Source: Cycas panzhihuaensis
Lineage: Eukaryota > Plantae > Cycadophyta
Direction: 5' to 3'
NCBI GenBank assembly: GCA_023213395.1
Contig: CM041465.1
Span: 148,559,741-148,623,740 of the forward strand
DNA: 64,000 nucleotides
A model generated the notes under the pieces. It did not search any database. It was not told the origin of the DNA and worked only from the letters and a program-made list of their open reading frames with translations. The translations under genes were made by a program, and so were the position numbers. The first letter of the stretch is position 1; every line of letters begins with the position of its first letter. Below are positions 1 through 12,600 of the stretch, piece after piece.

Positions 1-952
1 CCTGACCTACTGATTCCTGCAACTTTTATTTCTCCAACAATTTTCTTTTTCTTCTTTCCATGCTGTAGTATTCATAGCTGCTTGTGTTGGTTGAGAATCA
101 ATCTGCTATTTGATGTTCTGAGTGGTCTTGTTAGCTTGATTCATAACTAGTTTGTTCAAGCACAAAATATGTTGTTCTTCTGAGTGGTTATTTTATGTTT
201 TAATAGATTGAAGGCTTAAATGTGCGCCAAGGGGTTTTCGTTTATTTTTCATTATTTGATGCCTTGGGTATGGTTAAAATCATGTAATCTACATTAAGTA
301 CAATTATTGTTTAATGTTATTTTTTCTTGGACTCTTTTACGTGTATTCTTCAAAAAGAAAGTAGGCTGTCACTTTTCATTCCATAAGCCACCAACGAAAC
401 CAGAGTTGGGTCAGATTGTGGAGAAACCACAATTTTAGATCTTAATTATAGGATGAGAGGCAGTCCTATAATGAGACACCAATGAGATGCCTAGGGAAAG
501 TAGAATATTGTTGGCTCTAATGATCAGGTGGTACCTTGGATGCTTGTTCTTGTTCTTTCTATTTTTTTTATAGGTAGTTAAACATGTTTCATTAGGTTGA
601 GAGGGGGAGCCAGAAGTCAGAGTGTTATAGGATGGAAAATAGCCTCTAAAACAGTGAAAAAGAGCCACTTCAAGTCTTTATAGTCTCTGGTTGGCCATCA
701 TGCGATGCACATGCAGGTGAACCATAGTTCAAGACTAGGCCAAGGCCAACCTAGGGCTGTTAGGAACAGTGTAATCAACAAATTCTTAGTACATAAGGAC
801 ATTATTGGTGCTAGAGAGGTAGCATATATTCTTGTTATTTTTGGAAAAGTGCAAGAGGAGCACTCTTCGAAGAAGGGGAAGCAGTCATCATTCTTGTGAC
901 CAAACTCTAGAGAGAAGATGCTTTCATGCATACACAAGGAGAGCTAAAAAAG

Positions 953-1068
953 GTAAGTTATGTTAAAATGTTCTCTCTGTAATAAGTTTCTTATTATGCA
1001 TTATTTTATTATTTTTTCCTTCACTTTTCTAAAATGAAATTATGAGATGTATGGCTATAATTATGCAG
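953..1068 (+). other. Putative intron of an unidentified decayed spliced gene or transposon
   Basis: Consensus splice sites AG|GTAAGT...TTATGCAG|GT around a 116-bp AT-rich segment. The flanking frames contain stops and I cannot recognise a product. Confidence 0.25.
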
Positions 1069-1794
1069 GTCATATGGCTACATTTATAAGAGGGCCATAC
1101 AATTGCTCGGGATAGGTCATACAATCATCCCATAACAGGTAGTATGACTGCGTTTATGGGTAGCCATAAAGTTGTACTTAGTGCAAGTTGTACATGATTT
1201 TTTATAGGGTTGTATGGTTGCATGTGGGTAGGCCGTGTGGACCCTAGAGACAATTGTACAACTATATACATAGCATGCATATAGGCCGTATTGATATGTT
1301 GCCGGAAGGCGGGACTCTGCAATATGCAACAATGAGAAGAACAAAGGAGGAATATGATGGTATAACAATAAAAGAATAGAAAAAAAAGAAGGTACGAACT
1401 AAAAGTAAAATATCCATGGGAAGCTTGTGGGTGAACCATTCTTGCATCTGTTCCTTTTTGCTATAAGCATTCTTGATGCATTCTAGGACTATTTTGGACA
1501 TTTTGAGTGTTGAATAGATTGTGTGAAGTTGAAGGGGGTTTGATATGGACCAGATTTGAGCCCCAACACAAATGAGTGCACATAAATAACAAGGAAAAGG
1601 CTTTAAGAGATGATGTGTGGAAAATTATAGCTCTTGCATTAACTCCAAGAATTTGTAAAATATAATAGGAGGCTCCCTTGTTTTAATCATAAGTTGAGGG
1701 GCAATTGCAAAACAGAAAAGGAATCTACTCAAACTAGAAAATTGAAGCATCTATCCAAAATAGAATATCGGTTACACTTTTGTAACCGATATGT

Positions 1795-2460
1795 GAACTA
1801 ACTTAACTACACACAAACTCGAGTCACTTTTATAACTTAAGTGAGTTCAATGTAGTGGTTCTAAAGTTGCTTACTAATGTAACACACAAGGATGGGCCTA
1901 GTAGGGATGGGTTTTTAGGTAGCTGTTGAAGAATTCACAGTGCTATTGCAAGAAACTACTATAAAATAGAGAAATAGACTAATATTGATAATTGACAAGA
2001 GATGAGAGAGAGAGAGTACTTATCTGGTGGCATAGTTGGAGTCCAACAAGTTGTTGCTGAGTAGCCTCTCCACTACAAGTCTTGGTGTTGTCCTCTTCGA
2101 GGCAAGGTGTCCTCCACATGTGCTTGGTCTCCCACGAGACGTCCCAAAACCTGTAATAATTCCTAGGTACCCTTGGCACTTATAAAGAGGTTTCCCTTCC
2201 TTTGGTCGGCCAGGATGCTAGCTTGATTGGCCAGAAGTTGGCTTGGTTGGCCAAGATGAGTCTTGGTCGACCAAAATGTGTTTTGGTTGGTTAGAAGTCA
2301 ACTAGAAGGGAGTGCTACACTCAACCTCGAAATAGAAAACTTATTTAACTATACACTAACTTGAGTCACTTTTATAACTTAAGTGAACTCAACTTCGAAA
2401 TTAAATACTAACTTAACTATACATTAACTTGACTTGAGTCACTTTTATAAGGGAACTCAA
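1795..2460. repeat. Three degenerate copies of a ~65-70 bp tandem unit (..ACTTAACTAYAC..AACTYGAGTCACTTTTATAA..), split by the solo LTR
   Basis: Copies at ~1795-1850, ~2340-2392 and ~2405-2460. Confidence 0.7.
1851..2319 (-). mobile_element. Solo LTR (gypsy type, related to the LTRs of element F)
   Basis: TGTAG...CTACA termini; TSD TTCAA/CTCAA. GGTCGGCC-like subrepeats and a GAAGGGAGTGCTACA end resemble the F LTR end GAAGGGAATGTTACA. Confidence 0.75.
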
Positions 2461-2559
2461 TGTCAAAACAGAAAATAAAGTATATAATAGAAAATGGTTG
2501 CATTTTATGTTACATGGATGAGAAGTAAGCATGCTCATTAATGTTTCTTTGTTTAAGAC

Positions 2560-4391
2560 AAAGTTGTCCCAAATTTCATTGCCTCTTGTAGATGTGGAAA
2601 ATCTTGCTTGAATGCCATGTGCGAAATCCATTTGTCTTGCATAGCTAGGTTGCCCTTTTGGTCCAAAAGGTATGTGGTCATCTATTGATGTTGTGTGGTG
2701 CACCTCATGGCGTCTAAAAGTGTGTCAGCTGGAAGCAAAGGTTGAAAGTCCAAAATCATGTCCTTTGGGTTAGTCACTTCCACCTCTTCTTCTAATAAGG
2801 GCAACTCGTGTTGCTTGAGATTGCTGATGTTGAAGGTGTTATGCATCCTAAGGTGAGCTGACAAGTCCAAGCAAACGACATTGGCCTCTATCTTTTGGTA
2901 GGGCCCAAATCAAATGGGTTCGACCTTGTGATGAGCCTAATGCTTGAATTATTGCTTGTCCAAGTGGAGCGAAACTCGGCTTCCCATTTGGAAGTTGTGT
3001 GGGATCTTGTGCTAATCATGTTGGGCCTTGTATTTGGCCTGGGTCTTGGCAAGGATATTTCTAACTTTGGCATGCACTCGTTGGAGGTGCAATGCATAAG
3101 CCATTGCTTTCCATTCCTTTGTCTGCTTGTACCATTTGGTAGGTGAAGGAAGTGTTGCTAGAAGCTTGTAAGGTGCTACAGGTTGAAACCCATAACAAAC
3201 CTTGAAAGAAGAGTATCTTATGGAGATGTGTATTGCTTGGTTTCTAGCCACTTTGGATGGCTACCATAGATCTATCCAACTGAGTAGCAACATGTTAGAA
3301 GATGCTAAGGGAGTCAGCCAGGGCTTCGTTCAACATTTTAGAGTGGCCATCAGTTTGGGAATGAAATGCTATGGAGAACTAAAGACTACATCCCAAGAGT
3401 TTCCACAATGTTTTCTAGAAATGGATGAGGAAACAAAGATCTTTGTTTAAGATGACTATGGTGGGAAAGCCATAGTGTAACTAGGCATGTCCAAAAAATA
3501 ACTAGTTAACGTGTTGTGGCATCTATGGACTTGGTGCTCAAAATGAATACTGCCATCTTGGAGAAGTGGCAAACCATGACCAAAATCCAATGGTGTTTGT
3601 GTTGTGTCATGGGCAACCCATTGATGAAGTCCATGAAGATGGACTCCCAAGGATGAGATGGAATTGGTAGGGGTTGATCCAAGCCAACCTTTTGTTTGGA
3701 AGATTTGAATTGGATACACAAGGCTCATTGTCTGATGAACTGTTCGGCATGCCTTTGTGTGGAGGGATAGTAAAAATACCACTGCAAGTCCTAGAGGGCT
3801 TTTTGTACCCCAAAATGTCCTCCATAGTTGGAGGTGTGAGTTTACTTAAGAAGTTGGTCTGTGCTGCTACCATTTGGCACACAAAGCTAAGAGAGATTAT
3901 ATAGCAAGCCATCCAATGAGTGGAAATTGAGGTATGGTTGTTGGTTGACCTAACTTGGTTGCTATACTATTGAGTAGATGGCCTTGAAGTTAGGGTCAAA
4001 GCCATAGTCATTCCAACACTCAGAATAACTTGCACAATTGATGTTAATTACATTGAGCAAAGTGTGGATAGGGGGTCTACTGAGAAAGTCTCTTGCCTTA
4101 TTAGTGGACCTCATCTTGTACTTGATGACAAGGTGAAACAACTGCAAGTAGGTTGCCCCATCACATTTGTCCATGCTCCTAAATCCGTCTCTATGACTAG
4201 AGAGACTAGAGTGATCAATGGTTTATGTAGACAATTGTCACCTTCCTAAGGTGATAGTGACACTAGGACTTGATTGCTTAGACAAAGGCATAGGGCTACT
4301 TGCCATACATGCTGTTATTTTGCTTGACCTGTGAGAAGACCATTGAATGGTAAGCAATAGGGTGTCCTCCTTGCTAAGTGCTATTCCCATG
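2560..4391 (-). pseudogene. pol: Element A pol fragment: RNaseH, integrase and degenerate chromodomain
   Basis: ORF pieces 2682-2870, 3012-3251, 3506-3721 and 3962-4174 carry gypsy INT/RH motifs, with many stops and frameshifts. Confidence 0.85.
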
Positions 4392-4808
4392 TGTTGGATA
4401 TGTGACAACAATTGTGAAGAGGCTTAATGTTTTGGACCTTTGTTGGCGTGGTTTTCCCCACCAATCATTCCTCGGGGGGATCCAAGGGGGGGCGGCGGGG
4501 GCGCTAAAACTCCCCTCCCCTGGAAGTGGGGGTTCGGGGGTGATAGCCCTAAGCAAAATGCTAGGGCTCAAAACCTATTAATTTGTAAAGGGAATCGAGG
4601 CCATTCATCAAAAAGACCTAGATCCAATAGCTACAATTAATGTACCTTCTCTTGTAACCCATTTTTAGGGTAATTGTATCGCATTGAATTGCATCGCATT
4701 GCGAGTGGGCGGCTGTTGGTTGTTGTTGTTATGAGAATTCTGTGCGAATGCATATACAAATCTTTCATTCTCGACTAATAAAGATCGATACCTTTCCTGT
4801 GTGGATAT

Positions 4809-5364
4809 TTTTAAACCTTATGTTTACATGTTAAGTATGTACTTTATTCACTTTATTCTTTCATTCATTATTTTGAACTCTATGGGGTGACTTATCACTT
4901 AAGTGATAAAGTGCACACCCACTTTTCTCCTAGTGACATAACATTGTAACTAAAGGGTCAAATGGACCCTCATGCATCTTTGCTCACTTGAGAGCCTAAA
5001 CGGACACATGTCCTTCATGCATGACATGCAAGCCATGCATTGCATGTAGTTTGGATGTTTGCCACTTGTCAAACATCCAACGGTGTTAGGTAACGTTAGT
5101 TAATCTATATATTGAGACCTCTCCTCATGTCTCACATGTAGAGTTGAAGTGTAATGTTATGCTACCAGTTTGCTAATCAATTGGTATTCTTTGGAGTAGG
5201 ACTAATTCCTTCTCCTCTTACTTTGGTATCATCTTACTACCTTGATCTTGGTCTTGCTTATCTTTTAGTTTTGCTCTTATGCTATCAAGAACTAGAGTGA
5301 ACTATCTTCATGATCTTGGTTTTTTATTGGTCTTAGGCATTCTAATCCTTTGACCTTCTCAACA
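4809..5364 (+). repeat. 5' LTR of copia B
   Basis: Matches 11843-12398 with ~23 substitutions by manual count (~4%). Contains an 18-bp palindrome TTATCACTTAAGTGATAA (4892-4909). Confidence 0.95.
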
Positions 5365-7665
5365 TTTGGTATCAGAGCTAGAGGAGACTAGTTCCCTCTG
5401 TTCTGAATTCTTCTTCAAGGGAGACTTAGAGTGGGTTTTACAAACCCTTGGTGACGACCTTCGCTCTTTGAAGGCGATCCGAGGTTTGTTTAAGCTCACC
5501 ATTGTAGATCAAGACTTTTCTGGAGTATTCTAAAGGCTGGAGATTATTATACTCTGATCTGAAATATTTTTCAAATCTTCTTCAGAGGGTTTTAGCCAGT
5601 TTACTCGTGTTTTTCTGTGATTTTTCACTAAAAATTGGACTTTTCAGTTGGTTCTTCTTACAGATCAAGGTGTTGGAGTATTATGATGAATTTTTAATCT
5701 TACTGACTGAGATTATCACAAGCCATTGACTCCCTGCAGGCTGTGAAGTAATTTTGGGCATTTTTCAGCCCTCAAACCCCACATAGAGAGTTCAAACTGC
5801 TCATGCACACTAGCTGGAGTCTCCTGCTCATCTGGAAATAGCTGCACACCTCTTAATGGGTCCCACAGACGTTTCACAGAGAAGAAAAGAGACTGAAACC
5901 TGCTGTACTTGCTGTAGTGTCACCCTCCAATTGTGCGCCCAGTTCTGGCTACAAACGGTTTGTTCTCCTTCCACGAATCTCCAATTGAGCTAAAAACAGA
6001 GCTAAACCTTCCTTAGAGGTGGGCCACCCTGCTTGCAAAGTTCTGGCCCGATTCGTCAACCCTATGCGAAGATCTATCTGCCTGTGTTTCCATGGGAGTC
6101 GTCACGTCGCCGTTCGATCTTTCGTTTTTGATTTTTTTAAAAGTCTCTCAAAAATTTTATCACTTCAAACTTTGAGCTATATTATTAGGAATATTCCATA
6201 GCATATTCGTTGTTTAATAAACCCTTTTACTCCAAAGTTTACACTTAGTCTTAAGATTAGACATTAAAAATCACTTTTTCTTCAGTCAAAATCAATATTT
6301 TTCAGCGATTTTTTAGTCGGGTGACTCCATTAGTCTTACTCTTGTGATATTAAAGACTAAATCAAGTTTTCTCAGTATTCTACACTCTAAAAGGCAATAC
6401 TTTTCCTTTTTTTAAGCCTTCTCTTAGTCATCTGGACTCTTTGGCTTAATATTTTTAAAGGAAAAATTAACTTTTTTGAGTTTTTTGAAGCTTAAAATCT
6501 TCATTGTATCTAGTGATTTCATCAAATCACTAAAGCTGAACTAGTCACTTATCTTTGGACATTAAATTTACTTGGTTCAAGTCCTCATTCAAGGCTCCCT
6601 GCGTGGTGTTCTTGCTACTCAAAGTTGCAAAAAAAAGTAAAATTTCAGCCTTTGTCTTTTGGCATTTTTTGTCTTATTTAACACTTATTTCATGTTGTAC
6701 AAGTGTTAAAAAGTCTTGGTAAAGTGATTTTTAAAGTGTTAACATTTTGTCAAAGTGATATTTATCACTATCTTAACACTTTTTCTAAGGCACCTTACAT
6801 GGTGACCTATTGCCCTTAGTCACAAAGGGGGCTCAAAAACACTTTTTAATAAAATCACTCTATTTTGTTGATTGCTGGGACTATTTCAAAGTCCCAACAC
6901 TTGGTGCTTGGAGTCTTCATCTTGCAAGTGATTCTTTTCTCTTTTCTTGAAGCACTAAAAGGAACCCACTTGCATTTTTTTTACAAAGACTTTGCTCTTT
7001 CTTCATTGAAGCACTTAGCATCTTCTTCAAAGTGCTTACATTTTACACTTTGTACTTAAGCACCTTCTTTTACTTAGATTTGATAGCACTATTTTCACAC
7101 TAAAGTGCTCTTGTAAAAACACTCAAAGTGATCATTGTGATGTACTTGGTTGCTTCTTCCTGAAGCTCCTTATCATTGTAAAACATTAAATCAAGCATCT
7201 ATATCATCCAAGTAAAATTTATTTTATAGTCAACTTCAATCTTCTAAAAGTGAACTTTAAAATCAAGTAGGAGAGGCCCGAAAAAGGTTCAAACCTTGCC
7301 TCTAAAATAACTTTAAGCTTGGTGCATTCCCTAGGGGACCAACCGATCGTATGGTCAGTGCACGAAAATTAAGGTTGTTTGAGGGAAAGGAGGTTCGAAA
7401 AGGGTGTTATTGGGACTGTGAATCCCAAGAAAAGCATGCCTACTTGCCTTGTCCTAGATTTGGCTTGGTTAACTGTTGGATCTTCTTTATAGATCAGGGT
7501 TGTACCAACTCTTTTGCCTAGTCCTCCACCCCTCATCACTGCATTCAGTTGTTGGATCTTCTAGTAAGATCAGGACTGTTGGTTTTGTTAGAAGGTGGAA
7601 CTTAAGCGACGAAAGCATTAAATTTCCAAGTCATCTGCTAGCTTCAGGCTCTTTACAATTTAAAC

Positions 7666-10600
7666 ATGGCTGTTTTAAACATGCTTAATGCATGCACAAT
7701 CAAGTTGACAGGTCAAGAGAATTATCAAGATTAGAAGAGGCAAACACAAAATCTTTTAAAGATAAATGAACTTTGGGGCTATGTTTTTGGCAGAATTCCT
7801 TTACCTGAACCTATGCAGATTGATGGTGTTGTTGATGATTTTGATGCTGATTATGTTGCCACTTGGGAAGGCAAGGATGAAATAGCCTTGGCATTTTTAC
7901 ATATGGTTATTAATGTGAATGTTGATCAAAACATTTCAAATGCTGAAACATCTAAGGAAGCTTGGGACATTTTGTCCTCTTTGTATGAAAGGTGAGATGA
8001 AGCTCGCATATTGTTGGTGAAGGCAAAACTTTATTCTATAAAGTATGTAAAGCCTATGTCGGCATTTCTTGCTTCTATTAAAGAAATTTGTAATGAATTG
8101 AATACTTAGGCAAACCTACTTCTAGGGATGAACTTGTAACCACCACCATTCGAGCTTTACCTAAAGATTTCAATGGCTTTATCTCATCTGTCAGACGAGA
8201 TGGCTCTCTTTCTAGCATGTCCTTCAATCAACTAGAGAGTTTATTATTTCAAGAGGAGCAAATTTATGATAAAGAAAATGATGATGGTGCATCTACTTCA
8301 GGAGCTTTCACGGCCACGTTGAAGGCCAAACAAACTTCCAAACCTTCACTTACAAAATGGTTTGGGAATATGAACATTGGCACCTCAAAAGCCAATGTTA
8401 TTTGTTATTATTGTGGCAAGGTTGGCCACATAGCTCCTGATTGTCGAAAGAAGAAAGTTGACCTTTAGCGTACACATCAACAACAGCCACATCAGAGACA
8501 ACGTCAGCCTTGTCAGCAATTCTAGCAGCAACAACGGTTTCAACAACAACAACAACACTGTCCCCCTTGACCAAATCGAGGTGCATAGAGGAGGTCAAAG
8601 AGGAAAGGGGGGTTTCAGAGGTGGCAATCAATGCCACACAAATCAATTTGCAGAAGAGGATAAGCTACTTTGTGCTTATCACACTTCAGATGTTGATCAA
8701 ACTTGGATCATCGACTTGGGGCCATCATATCACATGCCTGGAAATGAAGAACTTCTTTATGACATCAAAGAAGGAAATGGTAAATCGGTAACTTTTGGAA
8801 ATAATGAATCAGTGTAGATCTCTGGTATAGGCAAAGTTGCTTCATTTCATTCTTCTTAAAATCTTTCTTTAACATTTCCCAATGGTGATGCCTACTACAT
8901 TCCTTCCATGGAGAAGAATTTGTTATCTGTTAGCCAATTGGACAAACAACAGATGAGCGTTTTGTTTAAAAATGGGAAATGTGTTATCAGTGACAAGCAT
9001 GATGAGGTTGTAGCCATTGGTCATGAAGACCATGGCCTTTATAAGTTGGATGCAAGTAATATAACTTTTGATTCTGCTTACTCTGTCACGCCATCATCAA
9101 CAAAGATGCAACTTTGGCATCATCGTCCAGGCCACCTGAGTTTAGACAATATCAAGTTGATGATAAATAAGAACATGGTGCATGGACTTCCAAAGCTATA
9201 TGGTTCAAGATGCCTTTGTGAAGCTTGTATAATGGGGACACAACATAGATTACCTTTTCCTAAAGGCAAAGCATGGCGTGCATCATATCCTTTACAGCTG
9301 ATACATTCTGGTTTAAGTGGACCAATGTCCATAACATCTTTTGGAGGAGCATTGTATTACATCTCTTTCATATATGATTTCTCTCACAAAGTTTGAGTTT
9401 ACTTCCTCAAACAGAAGTCTGAAGCATTCTAGAAGTTCAAGGAATTCAAGATTGAAGTAGAGAATGAATTTGGCTATACAATCAAAATACTAAAGTCAGA
9501 TAATGGAGGTGAATTCACTTCAAAAGAATTCACCAAATTCTGCAAGGATAATGGTATTAAGAGATAGCTCACTATTCCTCATACTTCTCAACAAAACGGA
9601 GTCTCTGAACGTATGAATAGAACTTTGGCAAACAAAGCCAAAGCTATGATGCATGCAAAAGGACTCATACGAGCATATTGGGCAGAAGCATTCCACACAT
9701 GTGGCAAATCAGAGTCCTACTTCTGCAGTCGCCGACATCACACCAGAAGAAGCTTGGTGCAGTAAAAACTTCTTGTCGATCACTTAAGGACATTTGGGTG
9801 TACTGCATATATGCACATCCCCAATCAACAAAGATCTAAGTTAGACAAACATAGTCTAAAATGCATCTTTGTAGGCTATGCCACTCATAGTAAAGCTTAC
9901 AAGTTGTATGATCCTATTGGAAAGAAAATGCATCTCTCAAGAGATGTAATCTTTGCTGAAGAAGAGCATAAGGAGTTGGAATCTTCATCCATCCAATCTC
10001 CTCTTGATAAAGGTAAAAGGATTGTTGAGTGTTTCCTTCCCTCTTAATCTTCCACATCATGTACATCATTTGCACTAGCTAGACCACCTACATCATCAGA
10101 TACTACTCCACTTGATCCTAGCACATCCTCTTTTGATCCGTCACTTAGACCAGAAGACATTGAGGTTCAGGTTACATCAGTTAAAAAATTACCAAAATGG
10201 TTTACACAAACTGTTCAAGACAGCCAGATTATTGAAGGAAAATGTCCATCAAAATACAGGCAACAAACCAATTATGCACTTATGGTTGATGTGTTTTGTG
10301 TTGATGAGCCCTCCTCTTTTGAGGAGGCATCTCAAAATGACAATTGGAAAGTTGCTATGGATGAAGAAATCCATTCTATTGTAAAGAATGGAACATGGGA
10401 TTTGGTAGAATTGCCTAAGCATAAACAGGCAATCAGTTGCAAATGGATCTACAAGACCAAATTCTATTCTGATGGTACACTCAAGCGCCAAAAGGCCCAA
10501 CTTGTTGCAAAAGGGTTTCAAATAAAAAAAAGGCATTAACTATGAGGAGACTTTTGCACCTGTTGCCAATATGAACACCATCAGACTCATCTTGGCCTTA

Positions 10601-11815
10601 GCTGCTCAATGCAAATGGCTAGCATATCAGATGGACGTGAAGAGTGCCTTTCTCAATGGCGATCTTCAGGAGGAGGTATACTTGGAACAACCTCCTGGTT
10701 ACAAAGTACAAGGCAAGGAGCACTTGGTTTGTCGCCTGAAAAAGGCTTTGTATGGCTTGAAACAAGCTCCTTGTGCATGGTACTCTAAAATCGATGACTA
10801 TTTTTTGAGACATGGTTTTCATTGATCCACATCAGACCCCAACTTGTACATCAAAGTTGAGAAAGACCATGCTATCTTTATTGTCTGGTATGTTGATGAT
10901 TTAGTGATCACTACTAATGACACTAAGATGATACAGATTCTCCAGGATGATTTGAAGAGAACTTTTGAGATGACATATCTTGGACTTCTACATTATTTTC
11001 TAGGTTTTGAGGTATGGCAACAGCCTGGTTCTATCTTCATATCCCAAGCAAAATATTCTTGGGACATTTTGTAGTGGTTCAGGATGCATGACTGCAAACT
11101 AGCACCAACGCCTATGGAGAATGGATTAAAGCTTACTCTTAATGAGGAAGTTGAATTTGTAGATCCCACTCTTTACCGACAGTTGATTGGTAGCCTCATT
11201 TATTTCACCAACACTCGACCGGATATTTCATTTGCAGTTGGGATTTGTTCTAGATACATGTCTCAACCCAATCAGAAACATTGAAATGTAGCAAAACGCA
11301 TACTTAAATACATCAAAGGAACATTGCAGCATGGCCTTTAGTATGCACATAATGAGGACTTCATCTTGGAAGTGTTTTGAGATTCTGATTGGGCAGGTTG
11401 TTAGGATAGCCGGAGATCCACCTCGGGTTACTGCTTTACCCTTGGTTCATGAGTTGTTTCGTGGAGTTGCAAGAAGTAACCCAATGTTACCTTGTCCTCC
11501 ATTGAGCGGTACAAAGCTGTCATCAGCTTGTGAGGCTATCTGGCTACGAGAGATTCTTGGGGAGTTTGGACTTGAGCAAAATCACCCCACCAGGATATAT
11601 TGTGACAATCAGAGTGTACTCAAGTTGGCCAAGAATTTAGTCTTTCATGCATGGACCAAACACATTGAGGTTTATTATCACCTCATTAGAGAGCATGTGC
11701 AGAATGGTGAGATCAAGCTCTAGTACAAACCTACAGAGGAGTAGACAACAGATATCTTTACTAAGCCTCTTGGTAGAGAATAATTTGTAAAATTCAGAGA
11801 TGGTCTTGGTGTCTG
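7666..11815 (+). pseudogene. gag-pol: Copia B gag-pol
   Basis: IKLTGQENY gag start, CYYCGKVGHIAPDC knuckle, WIIDLGPSYHM protease, LWHHRPGH..CEAC and SDNGGEF integrase, [11 protein letters not shown] and YVDD RT, CDNQS..TKHIE RNaseH. Premature stops and frameshifts. Confidence 0.95.
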
Positions 11816-11842
11816 ACTTAACATTGTAAATAGTAAGGGGGG

Positions 11843-12398
11843 TGTTAAACCTTATGTTTACATGTTAAGTATGTACTTTATTCACTTTATTTTTTCATTC
11901 ATTATTTTGTACTTTATGGGGTGACATATCACTTAAGTGATAAAGTGCACACCCACTTTTCTCCTAGTGACATAACATTGTAACTAAAGGGTTAAATGGA
12001 TCCTCATGCATCTTTGCTTACTTGAGAGCCTAAACGGACACATGCCCTTCATGCATGGCATGCGAGCCATGCATTGCATATAGCTTGGATGTTTGCCACT
12101 TGTCAAACATCCAACGGTGTTAGGTAACCTCAATTACTCTATATATTGAGACCTCTCCTCATGTCTCATATGTAGAGTTGAAGTGTAATGTTATGCTACC
12201 AGTTTGTTAATCAATTGGTATTCTTTGGAGTAGGACTAATTCCTTCTCCTCTTACTTTGGTACCATCTCACTACCTTGATCTTGGTCTTGCTTATCTTTT
12301 AGTTTTGCTCTTATGCTATCAAGAACTAGAGTGAACTATCTTCATGATCTTGGTTTTTTATTGGTCTTAGGCATTATAATCCTTTGACATTCTCAACA
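11843..12398 (+). repeat. 3' LTR of copia B
   Basis: TGTTAAAC...CTCAACA, preceded by the PPT and followed by TSD GATAT. Confidence 0.95.
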
Positions 12399-12600
12399 GA
12401 TATTTCCCTAACACTCTGCTAGGGTTTTACCATGTTAAATTTTGTGTATTGAGTAATGTGTATGCTTTCTTGTGCATGTTGAATGATCTCTGGTTTTGTA
12501 TATACTTGCATTTATTAGATTTTCAAATCCTTGTTATTGTTGCAAAATAGATAGATCTTGGTGGTTGGTTTTGGTTATTTAGAACCAGGTTTGCTCAACA

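Larger units (their letters stand above)
1541..2540 (-). repeat. Probable 3' LTR of element A, interrupted by a solo LTR
   Basis: Begins TGATA and ends GCTCATTA (decayed ..ATCA) just beyond the end of pol. No partner LTR lies in the window, so the limits are uncertain. Confidence 0.4.
4809..12398 (+). mobile_element. Element B: full-length Ty1/copia LTR retrotransposon (decayed)
   Basis: 556-bp LTR pair, perfect TSD GATAT, PBS TGGTATCAGAGC at 5367-5378, PPT AAGGGGGG before 11843. Domain order gag-PR-INT-RT-RH. Confidence 0.97.
4392..12600 (+). mobile_element. Solo LTR (~614 bp once copia B is removed) inserted in the RNaseH of element A
   Basis: TGTTGG...TCAACA termini with a perfect TSD CCATG (4387-4391 / 12601-12605). 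No internal domain of its own. Confidence 0.85.

Noticed and set aside
1525-1545. GAAGGGGGTT-TG as the PPT of a plus-strand element
   Set aside because: No plus-strand pol lies upstream, and the downstream sequence fits better as the minus-oriented LTR of A. Not fully excluded.
5367-5378. TGGTATCAGAGC and its other copies as tRNA genes
   Set aside because: These are only 12-nt primer binding sites complementary to tRNA-iMet; there is no cloverleaf.
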